From: the human T2T-CHM13v2.0 reference genome, Homo sapiens
DNA length: 64,000 nucleotides
NCBI RefSeq assembly: GCF_009914755.1
Contig: NC_060925.1
Reading direction: 5' to 3' (one strand)
The translations under genes and the position numbers were made by a program. This document shows, in pieces, positions 31,432 through 42,032 of the stretch (position 1 is the stretch's first letter; every line of letters begins with the position of its first letter). The notes below the pieces were generated by a model. That model saw nothing but the letters and a program-made list of their open reading frames with translations, was not told the origin of the DNA and made no database searches.

Positions 31432-32790
31432 CTGCATTTTGGTGAAGGGAAACATTAAACACCCTCAGAATGAGGAGCGGTATTGCATATATATTGCATA
31501 TTACATACATTCTAAGCAATCAAATGCAAGTTGTTAAAGTGAATCACTACTTGGATCCCTACATCTGTGACACCTTCAACTGTCTTATTTTCCTCCTGCA
31601 GTGGGTTCCTAGGGTAGCTGTAATGCTAGGACAGAAACCAGCAGAAACACCAACTGGATGAGAGGAAGACCCAGCGGTGCACCCACGGGGACTCCAGTCT
31701 TTGTAAGCTGTTGATGGACTCTAATCTCCCACTTCCAGAGCTCAAGAACCAGACAGGTAGGCTCTGATACGTGGTTGCTGCTGGGCCCCCAGGCTTCCAA
31801 AATCTTCTTTAGTGAGTGACACTCCTCTCAAAAAACGCCAGGGAGGTCAGGATGCTCCCTGGACTCCTGGACTTTGGAAGGGAAGCCAGAGTTCCTCACA
31901 ATTCTATGAGGATCTGCCAGGGCCCACAGGGCTTCTCTCTGCTATAGGTTGCTTTAGGTGCTAGTGGATGGGAAGTGGATAGGCAGAGCCCTGTACTGGG
32001 AGAGGTATCCAGTTTGAAGAACTGGGGTCCCTCCTACTCTAGTTTGCACTCAGTCAATGAGGCCATTGGGCTTCCAGCATCATACCTCACCTGCTAAAGC
32101 CCTAAAGTGTTATCAACAAATGTTGTTGCAACAGAATGCATTCTGTTTTCCAAGCTTAGTTTAAAATCATTTTTTAAAGGAAATACTGGAGGTTTAAAAT
32201 AAACAGGGGAATGGGTGGAGCAGAAGAAGGCAGAAAGAAAGGTTCTGAAAATGGAGGCTCTAGAGAGAACTGGGGAGTGAGGCAGGTTACATATGAATAA
32301 TATAAGATGCACTGTCCGACTTTCAGCTCACGCAGAAGAGATAATCTAGATTTCTAGATTTCTCTAAACAGGAATTTTAAGAGGGCCCACTCTCATTATG
32401 CTTTAAAGGGAAAATACTGCTCCCTTTATGAAGTGAGTTATGGAGAGGTCCACTGAAGTGAAGTAAGGATCAAAAGCATGCTGTGGAACTTGCAGCTCCT
32501 CACCAAATGGAATGTGTCTATTTTTAAAAAATATCAATTAAGCAGACAGAAGAGGAAAAATGGGTTCCCACTTTGCTCCTATCAGATTGGCAAAAGTTTA
32601 ATCAAATGATAACACCTATAGCTGATAGCAGTATGGGGGAGAAAGCCCTTATCATACACAATTAGTGGAAATGTAAAATTTAAATCCTTTTTTTTGAAAT
32701 GCAATGGAAACATTTTTTAACATGAGAAATGTACTTTCAACCTGGCTATCTTGTCTTAGGAGAATATACTATAGAAATAAATACATCAGG

Positions 32791-32899
32791 GTATATGTGT
32801 GTGTATATATATATATACACATATATATGTGTGTGTGTATATATATATACACATATATATGTGTGTGTGTATATATATATACATATATATGTGTATACA
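32791..32899. repeat. Compound (TA)/(TG)/(CA) alternating purine-pyrimidine repeat
   Basis: Seen directly; recurring ~32-bp unit atatatatgtgtgtgtgtatatatatatacac. Confidence 0.9.
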
Positions 32900-33457
32900 T
32901 AAAAATATTAATTTATTATGCTTTATTCATAATGCCAGCAATATTGAGATGAATGAATAAATCATGGTGTATCCATACATGAAACATCATGCAGCCATTA
33001 CAAAGAAAGATTTAGAGCTAAAACAGTTACCTTGGAAACAGTTTCATGGGGTATTTTTGGAAGAGAAACTGATAAGCAGAGTAATGTATAAAATATAATC
33101 CCATTTTTCTTAAAGCAGACAATCTAAAGTCTAGCCTCTAAGGGTGTGTTTTATGTGCTAGATAAGAATGGGGAAAATACAGAATGGCATATGCTAAGTT
33201 GTTAACACGAGTTGCTTGAGGGGAGGAGGTGGCATTGGGGAAGGGGAAGAGTGAAGACAAGTAAAACAAAACAGGCTGCAATAAGAAACCCCAAAACATT
33301 TCTAAAATGATCCTGTTAATGCACAATTATATATGTGTATATATGCATAAAGAATAAAGGAAAAGAAATAGAGACATCTGGTTTTATCTACTGACTTGTA
33401 AGGATGTTCATCATAATATGTCAAGTATAAAACCAAGCTGCCAATTTATATCTTTGT

Positions 33458-33640
33458 CAGTGATTCTTAAACTGTAGGGTACACCAGAACCTCTGGAGGT
33501 CTTGTTAAAACAGACTCCTGGGCACTACCCCTAGATTTTCTGATTTAGTAGATCATTGGTGGGGCCCGAGAATTTGCATTTTTAACAACCAGGTGATGAT
33601 GACACTGCTGGTCTGGGGACCATACTTTCAGAAATATTGA
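33458..33640. mobile_element. MER5A-like hAT element abutting the ERV 5' LTR
   Basis: cagtgattcttaaact...ggggcccgagaatttgcatttttaacaa...ggaccatacttt. Confidence 0.65.
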
Positions 33641-33642
33641 TC

Positions 33643-34053
33643 TGTTAAAGCAAACTAAATACAGCCTGAGAAGGACTCCATACTTCCATATTTTAGTCCT
33701 TGTGGATGAACTGTAAGAGTCAGATAAAATTGAAAACCTAACTTAGTAGTATGCACCTGTAACAATAACTGAGTGTTGACCAGTCCCAGCAGCCATACTT
33801 CAACTACTCATAGACTGCTAAATGTTCAAATAAGGCAAATGCTGAGTTGTAACCAGTCTCACTATTTCTGTTCCTCACTTCTGATTCCTGTACGTCACCT
33901 TACCTTTTTTGTCTGTAAATTTCTTCTGACTGTGAGGCACCCCCGGAGAATTTGTGAATCTGCTGTGATTCTAGGGGCTGCCCGATTTGCGAATCATTCA
34001 TTGCTCAGGTAAACTCCTTTAAATTTAATTTGGCTGAAGTTTTTCTTTTATCA
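33643..34053 (+). mobile_element. 5' LTR (MER57A-like)
   Basis: Begins TGTTAAAGCAAACTAAAT, ends TTTTATCA; followed by the PBS. Confidence 0.85.
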
Positions 34054-34055
34054 GA

Positions 34056-34073
34056 TGGTGTCAGAAGCAGGAT
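34056..34073 (+). promoter_or_regulatory. Primer-binding site complementary to the tRNA-Leu 3' end
   Basis: TGGTGTCAGAAGCAGGAT versus TGGTGTCAGAAGTGGGAT (reverse complement of the tRNA-Leu 3' end); 2 nt after the LTR. Confidence 0.8.
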
Positions 34074-34693
34074 CCGAAGTGGAGCTTCTAGTGACTCCCA
34101 GGAGCGCTGAGTGAACACACAAGGTACCTGCAGGTCCCACCTGTGTCCATTGATCTCTCAGAGCGGCTGGGGATCGCGGTAAGCTCCCTCTCCGAATTTG
34201 AAGCTCCATAGATTTGTGTTTTGAGCTCTCTGAGTTTCTTCGAGCAAGTTTCTGATCCAAACTGGGTTTGTAGTCATGACAGAAACTGGACTGGGTCCAG
34301 GAACAGATTTGATCCAGGAATTAACTGGCTTGGACCCAGTCAGAGGCCTCGTATATCTGACTGGGTCAGAAAGGAACTGGTAGTAAGCAGTAATATTGCA
34401 GGGGTTATAAAATTTGGCTTTTGAAAATTCACAGGGATTTCTGTGTTCTACCCCTTTTTTCATTTTTCTTGTGTGCTTAGGTAGGAAAAATCATTGGCTA
34501 AGTTAAGAGAACCTGGGAGTAAAGCCAATATTTTAGGTTAAAATGGGCTCCTTAATTTCTGGAAAACTGAGTTCCTTCTGGCTTATACATTAGGCCTGGG
34601 AGGCAGTGAAGTCTTACAGAAACAGCAAAATCTTACTGAAGATAATTTACAGTGGAATGTTCCGAAAGAACAACAATGCATTGAGGTACTTTC

Positions 34694-34997
34694 TTCCTTT
34701 TTTTTTTTGTTTTTTTTTTGTTTTTTTTTTTGAGACGGAGTCTCACTCTGTCTCCCAACTAGAGTGCAGGCGCGATCTTGGCTCACTGAAAGTTCCACCT
34801 CCTGGGTTCATGCCATTCTCTTGCCTCAGCTGGGACTACAGGCACCCCGCCACCACGCCCGGCTAATTTTTGGTATTTTTAGTAGAGACAGGGTTTCACC
34901 ATGTTAGCCAGGATGGTCTCGATTTCCCGACCTCACGATCCGCCCGCCTCGGCCTCCCAAAGTGCCAGGATTACAGGCCTGAGCCACTGCGCCCGGC
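34694..34997 (-). mobile_element. AluY/Sc-type inserted in the ERV leader region
   Basis: TSD TGCATTGA(G/A)GTAC at 34677 and 34998. Confidence 0.88.
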
Positions 34998-37900
34998 TGC
35001 ATTGAAGTACATTTTTAAAATGAGGGCTCTCAGTAAAGTCCCTTTTGGCTAGGAACGGTTTTGGCACTACAGGATGTCAACTGCTATTCCCTTTGGAATA
35101 ATCTGACTTGCACTCTTTGCTGATGGCTGTGGGTGACAGGATTAGGCATGTACAGGATTGTGGGACATGGGGAGCTTTTTCCTCCCTCCCGGAAAAGGGA
35201 GAAACCTGAGAGCTGATGAGACTGCTGGAAAAGATCCTTTCGCTACTAACTAGTGGCCATCAGAACTTTTCAGTGTCGCTGAAATGAATGGGTCTTGCTC
35301 TGGCCTCCCTGAGCTCTTCACCTTATGCACCCTCCCACAGGCAATACTTTCCTTCATCTTATTTTCCTTTCCTATCTTTTCTGTTACTCAGGGCAACCAT
35401 CTTGCCCAGAGACCACAAGTTGAAACTCCTAGTCGGAGGTTTGATTAAAGATGAGGAGGGCCATCTGAGGGCAAATTTAAGCTTTGCCAGTTTGATATTG
35501 GGTGCTAAGCAGAGTGGCTAATGTATATGTTTTATCATACATATTTTGCTCTAGCCAGAATGAAAAAAATAATAATTTTCCTTTATGACGTGGCTTGGCC
35601 CCCAGCAGGATGGTGCAGCAAGCTGGGTCACTAGAGCCACTCAGGGAAAGGGAGCCCAGAGCCTGGCATGCCGGCCAAAAGGTAAGAATTTCTTACCAGT
35701 CAGATTTCTGGCTTCTCTCTATATATAAAAACAGTCGAATGAATGGTAAAAATCACTGCTTATCTCCATCTTGTTTTATGTCCTTGGGAGCTTGACTTTG
35801 TAACCACATAGCAGTACTTTCTCTTGGTCTCTGCCTTCCAGGGAATGGAATTTTAGAGTTTATGTCATAGTTAGCTCTAAAAATTATCTTGAGTAGTTAA
35901 AGCCTTTGCAAACTCAAAGTTAACTACTCTAGATGCCTTCTGGGAAGGGCAGTAGAGATTGCTCCATGCTGTAGCTCAGTAGCTAAGGTTTTGCCCTTTC
36001 ACACTGGTGGTCCAGGTGCAATTCCCTGCTTAGGAAGCAAGTTCTTTCTGGTTGAATATCTGCATGACCCTGTCTAGTCTCTTCTCCTCCATGGACTATC
36101 TTAAATTTTCCTTTCTCTGAGCATCTGGGAGATTACCTACTTTGGTAAAGTTCAAAAGCCAGAAACATCAGTCATTTGGCCTGGCTAAAATTGGTTAATA
36201 AGAAATTTTAAAAATACTTTATTAAAGAGTGCTATGATTAAAAGTCCACTTAATTAAAAGTGAATATCAAGCTCTAACAGTCTGGAGGCACCAGAGACCC
36301 CTTTCCTGGCCCTGTTCTTCCAAGGACTCCACCATAAAGCCAATAACCAATTAAGAAATTAAAAATCTAGCAAATGAAAAATCTTACAACTACTGTGTAA
36401 TGTTCTTCTGTCTGTCTGTCTATGTAATTATATATGTGTTGTGTGTAATGTTTATATAAAAGAACTCTAATTGGCTTAAACAAAAATAAGCACTTACATC
36501 AAATATTTTGAAAGCAAAATAAAAACTATAATACCTTTTAGTTCATTAACTTCAGTAATTTTTGGGAAATGAAAACAGCTTTAAAAATTATTGTTAAAAT
36601 AAAGACATTTTGTCTAAATTATGCAGGTCAGATAATAGGTTTGCTAACTGCTTTGACTTTTGAAAATTGTTCAATTTATTTTGGAGACATTAAATTCTAA
36701 ATAAGGCCTGGGGATATATGGAATTAACCATGCCCCCTAGCTATGTAAAGAAGGTTATAAAGAAAAGAGATTTTATATAAGAGAGGATGTTGTATGGTAA
36801 ATTATTGTCCTAAAGTAAAATGACTGGTTGTTTAAAAAGAGGGATGTTTAAGCAAGTCAGAAAGTCTAAACATGTCGTACATGGTCTGTGTAAGTTGTGA
36901 AATAATTTATTAAAAGGAATTTATGCCAGAAATGTTGTATAATTTGAAGGTGCTTCATAAGCTGACACTATGACTTTTCACTGTACAGCTTGCTGGCTTT
37001 ACAGCTAGCTAAGGCCTGGGACACATGGAGTTCGATGCTGGAATAAGTCATACCTTATCTGCATTTCTATCTGGGTCCTAGGCTCCACACCTAGTACATA
37101 ATTAAAATCCCTTACTCACCAAGGTTTTTACCAAAAGTAAAAGTTGCTATGAGTTAACACTGTAATATGTAATTGAGCCTACTGAAAAAAATAGGTTTAC
37201 ATGCAAGGTATGTAAGGAGAATTAAATGTATTTTTTGTAAGAGATTATAAGAACATATGGAAATGTAAATTTTTGCCTAGGTTAGAGGGTTAAAGGATTG
37301 TTTTAAATTATACAAAGCTAAAGGTTTGAACAGGTTGTGGAAGGTTTATAAAAAATTAACTGTAAGAGATTCTATGTGTGAATATATTGGCTAAATAAAA
37401 TGGCATTATTGCTTTTTCCCTAAATTGGACATGGGAATAAAAGCATAACAAAGTTTTCTTGGAACATTGTTCTGTTCTGAGAAAAAAAATTCTAATGAGT
37501 TATAAAAGGTTTATAAAAATCTTACCTTATGGTCAAAGTAATTAAAACTGAATATATTTATGAAATATTAAAAACTAGCTTTAACATTAAAAATACACTA
37601 ACGGAAACATAAAATTTGGTTTTCTCTTTTAAAAATGATTTTTATATAATATTAAAAGATAATGAAAGGTTTTTGTTTACCTTTTAAGTAAACTACAAAA
37701 GGGAAGGCAAGGAGACAGTCAGTTGGCCTCATGCTACATTCATTGGGTCTTATTTGGAAAGCTGTTCCCCTTTCCATCAGAGTCATGTTTCATCCTTTTA
37801 AAAATTTTTGTATCATCATTTTGGCTAAATGAATGACTTATGGTAACCTAAGATTCTATTTTGTAATATCCAATGTTTTAAACCTGTGGTATTTGACAAA

Positions 37901-39181
37901 CCTTTCAAAACCAAGCTCTAGATTATCATGCTAAATCAGCCAATACTGAAATTGTTTAAATATACAATTTGAATGAACTCCATGGTCTAAGTCAAATTAC
38001 CTATGATAAACCATTAGTTATCAGTGCTGTGCACCTAAATTGGAGAAACAACTGGTATTCAAGAGGACGTAAGTCCAGTGTTAAGCATGGACTCATGAAG
38101 AACTAGGACAGCCACCTTGTCCTTCCTGAATCCTTAAGCTTTTGTTATTAAAGGTTCTGCATTCCATGACTCATCATGGAAAAGATAAAATAATCCAAAT
38201 TGAATATATTGATATGGTGACTTATAAATTGTGGAAACAGTTTAGAACCAATATTCACTTCCATATTCCTGGGGAAAAAATTAAAGCGTCAGGTACATTT
38301 GGCTATCTGATGGGCCATTTAAACATTTATAAAGGGATTTCATTCAACTGTCATTTTCAATGCATGTTTTCTAGTTGTATAAAAGCTTTCCCATGCAAGA
38401 GGGCTGATGTTATAACAGTAGATTATTATGCTACAATGTATTTTCCCCAGGTAAAGAAAGCTTTTTATGGTTCACTGAGGACAATCCCTTCATAATCTAG
38501 AACCTGAAGATTAGATCTTCTGAAAACATCAGAGAAAGACTGTCATTGCCCTCCACACTACAGCAAAACTTTGGAGACTTGAACTTTGGGTCCATAATCT
38601 CACAACTGAGAAGGGTTCCTTCACACTCCTGGAACTGTACACCCATTGGACCCCTTAAGCTAATCTAACCAGGACAGTTTCTCCCCAGAAGAAGATGACA
38701 TCCTTGATGTGAACAGTTTTTCCCAAGATCATGGATCAAGACTTCTGCTATCACAAGACTCTGATCTTTGAATATTTTTTCCTTGTGTATGCCTCTATGA
38801 GCAGTATAAATGAAAAGGAGGTCTATTATGTGCACTTATAGGGTATAATTTTATTTGTGAAGGATTTTGCAGCCAGCCTTATACATGAATAGCCTTATAC
38901 TTTAATAGATAAAAAATGAAGGCCCAGTGTAGGTGAGAAACTTTAGTGGTACACACGTTGCCTCATAATCAGTCAAAACTCTTCTTAATCCGCATCATGG
39001 ATTAAAGAGAACACTGCCAGGAGGCCTTCACTCTTCTAGAAGGACATCATTTGTTAGGTCCTTTTTCCATGGTTTAGACTAAAAGGCAATAATTAGAAAT
39101 GTCTCCCTCATAATAGGCCCTACAGTAAATTCTACTTTAAAGGCTGTCGCTACACAACATACTTTAAATTCTCTTGTGAAA

Positions 39182-39497
39182 GTTATGCTAAATAATAAAA
39201 TTGGCTAAACAGAAAAGTACCTATGCAGCTGCTGACACTTGTGGCCTATGGAGAAATACATCATATGTAGATTATAAAAATCCAGCTGTAGGGGATTAAT
39301 GAAAAGACCACTTAGTCAAGCGAGTAGACTCTTCATCTAGCTCATTCTTTAATCTATTTAATTTTAGGTGATTTGGTTTATGGGGACCCTGGGTAAGGAG
39401 CATACTCCAAACTCTTGATATTATCCTCCCAATAGTCATAATAATAGTCTTCCTGGTGTGCTGTATTCTCTCAAAGGTTTTAAATGTTTGCATGTAG
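39182..39497 (+). pseudogene. Decayed env TM-subunit relic of the ERV
   Basis: VMLNNKIG* (ISD-like) at 39182; FGLWGPWVRSILQTLDIILPIVIIIVFLVCCILSKVLNVCM* at 39372-39497 (membrane-anchor-like). Confidence 0.6.
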
Positions 39498-40070
39498 CCA
39501 TCTCTAGGATGTCAAATGGTCCCCCTTCAACTGAAATGACAAAAGCTGAAAGAAACATGTGACCATGAGGACTCCATAACCTATATGAATGACATGCTGA
39601 GACCAGAAACCCAAAATGATGGTAACTGAAAGTGGCACTAAGGCCCTAAGTTTTGGTCACACTCTCACCTAAGTGAAAACCTGGCCCAAGAGGGGGAATT
39701 ATTTTTAAACAAAATTTTAAATGGGAGGCCATTATTTGGGACTAAGCTCATGCACTAGGCCCCAACAAACCAAACCAAGCTAAAATAGAGCCACTTATGC
39801 TAAATGTGACATAATCAAGCTAGGGCTTTAAGAAAACACATAGATCCTAGAACATACCAGGTTTTGTTTTTCTCCTGTAAATAGGATGTTCCAGCATAAG
39901 AAGGTACTCTCTACTCAGTCCTTATTCCCTCCTTGCAAAACCCACTGTTCTACTGTTTCCCAGTGGGTTTCAAAACCATATAAGTACATTTACGATAGTG
40001 CTAGTAACATCAATGACTAAGGTTTTGGTCATTTTCTCAAAATTGAGAAAATGACCAAAAGGGGGGAATT

Positions 40071-40908
40071 ATTATTATTATTATTATTTTATTTTTATTA
40101 TACTTTAAGTTCTAGGGTAAATGTGCACAACGTGCAGGTTTGTTACATAGGTATACATGTGCCATGTTGGTCTGCTGCATCCATCAAGTTGTCATTTACA
40201 TTAGGTATTTCTCCTAATGCTATCCCTCCACCTGCCCCTCACCCTGCAACAGGACCCCATGTGTGATGTTCCCTGCCATGTCCACGTGTTCTCATTGTTC
40301 AATTCCCACCTATGAGTGAGAACATGCAGTGTTTGGTTTTCTGTCCTTGTGATAGTTGGCTGAAAATGATGGTTTCCAGCTTCATCCATGTCCCTGCAAA
40401 GGACATGAACTCATCCTTTTTTATGGCTGCATAGTATTCCATGGTGTACATGCCACATTTTCTTAATCCAGTCTATCATTGATGGACATTTGGGTTGGTT
40501 CCAAGTCTTTGCTATTGTGAATAGTGCTGCAATTAACATATGTGTGCATGTGTCTTTATAGTAGCATGATTTATAATCCTTTGGGTATATACCCAGTAAT
40601 GGGATGGCTGGGTCAAATGGTATTTCTAGTTCTAGATCCCTGAGGAATCGCCACACTGTCTTCCACAATGGTTGAACAAGTTTACACTCCCGCCGACAGT
40701 GTAAAAGCATTCCTATTTCTTCACATCCTCTCCAGCATCTGTTGTTTCTTGACTTTTTAATGATTGCCATTCTAACTGGCATGAGGTGATATCTCACTGT
40801 GGTTTTGATTTGCATTTATCTGATGACCAGTGTTGATGAGCATTATTTCATGTGTCTGTTGGCTACATAAATGTCTTCTTTTGAGAAGTGGCTGTTCATA
40901 TCCTTTGC
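40071..40908 (-). mobile_element. 5'-truncated L1PA (3'UTR and ORF2 end) inserted at the ERV PPT/3' LTR junction
   Basis: ORF2 C-terminal peptide (40411..40815); TSD AAAAGGGGGGAATT at 40057-40070 and 40910-40923. Confidence 0.92.
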
Positions 40909-40922
40909 AAAAAGGGGGGAAT

Positions 40923-41355
40923 TGTTAATGCAAACTAACTATGGCCTAAGAAGGACTCCTTTCTTATATATATAAGTCCTTGTGGATGAACTGTAACCTA
41001 GCTTAATAGTCAGACAAAATTGAAAACCTAACTTAGTAGTATGCACCTATAACAATAGTTGAGTTTTGGCCAATCCCAGCGGCCATACTTCAACCACTCA
41101 TAGACTGCTGAATGTTCAAACTGCGTTCAAATAAGGCAAATGCCGAGCTGTAACCAATTTCACTGTTTCTGTACCTCACTTCCAATTCCTGTATGTCACT
41201 TGACCTTTTTTGTCTATAAATTTGTTCTGACCGTGAGGCACCCCTGGAGTGTCTGTGAATCTGTTGTGATTCTAGGGGCTGCCCGATTCACAAATGGTTT
41301 GTTGCTCAATTAAACTCCTTTAGATTTAATTTGGCTGAAGTTTTTTTTTTAATCA
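40923..41355 (+). mobile_element. 3' LTR (MER57A-like) with intact CCAAT x2, TATAAA and ATTAAA
   Basis: Homologous to 33643-34053; preceded by PPT AAAAAGGGGGGAAT. Confidence 0.85.
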
Positions 41356-41646
41356 AATTTCATATCATAAGTCTATATTTTTGAAAACAAACCAACAATG
41401 TTCTACAAATGAGGATATATACTTGTATGAATAAATAAAAACTATAGGAAAAATATATACCAAGCTATTTCTATTAGTTAATTCAAGGAGTTTGGAATGG
41501 GGGTAGCCTAGGAGTCTGGGGTGGACTAGGATTAGTGGGTATCAGTGATGGTGACTAAGTTTGCCTTTAATATATTTGAGTATGTTGCTTCACTTGTACA
41601 CACAGGTTATTATTTTTCTAACTTGAAAACCATCAGTAAAACTATC

Positions 41647-41771
41647 AGATGGGTGGATGGATGAATAGACAGATGAATGGTGGGTCTGAATGAACGGAAG
41701 AAAGGCTGGATGAATGGAGGGAAGGGCAGAAGAATGGAAGGAAGGAAAGAAGGGAGGAAGGGAGGGAGAAA
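41647..41771. repeat. GGAT/GGAA purine-rich low-complexity tract just downstream of the exon 9 donor
   Basis: Seen directly. Confidence 0.8.
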
Positions 41772-41844
41772 TGGCAGATAAAGCCCCATGGAAAACACAG
41801 CCAGGCAGACCATTCACACCCAGCTCCTCAGCTTTGTATCCTAC

Positions 41845-42032
41845 CTCCTTTAGCTGGACACTGTCTTTGGTGGTCTGGAAGTTCTGGCTGACTTCATTCA
41901 CCTCTTTCTCAAAGAGTACACGTACTTCACTGAATCCCGAGCTCACTGGTCCCATGAGCTCCTCCAGGATGGATGCCAGGAATGGCTGCACACTCTCCAA
42001 GCAGCTTTTCTCCGCCGGCTGGGCCACCATCG
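41845..42032 (-). CDS. NIBAN1: NIBAN1 exon 9, 188 bp: (A)MVAQPAEKSCLESVQPFLASILEELMGPVSSGFSEVRVLFEKEVNEVSQNFQTTKDSVQLKE
   Basis: cctcag| acceptor, |gtagga donor; phase 1 start completes the Ala codon begun in exon 8. Confidence 0.96.

Larger units (their letters stand above)
33643..41355 (+). mobile_element. Degenerate ERV1/MER4-group provirus (MER57-type LTRs plus internal region), antisense in NIBAN1 intron 9
   Basis: Two homologous TG...CA LTRs (33643-34053, 40923-41355); tRNA-Leu-type PBS at 34056-34073; PPT before the 3' LTR; decayed integrase and env TM relics; no long ORF. Confidence 0.88.

Noticed and set aside
33639-41359. TSD for the MER57 provirus (GATC versus AATT)
   Set aside because: Two of four bases differ; cannot be claimed as a TSD
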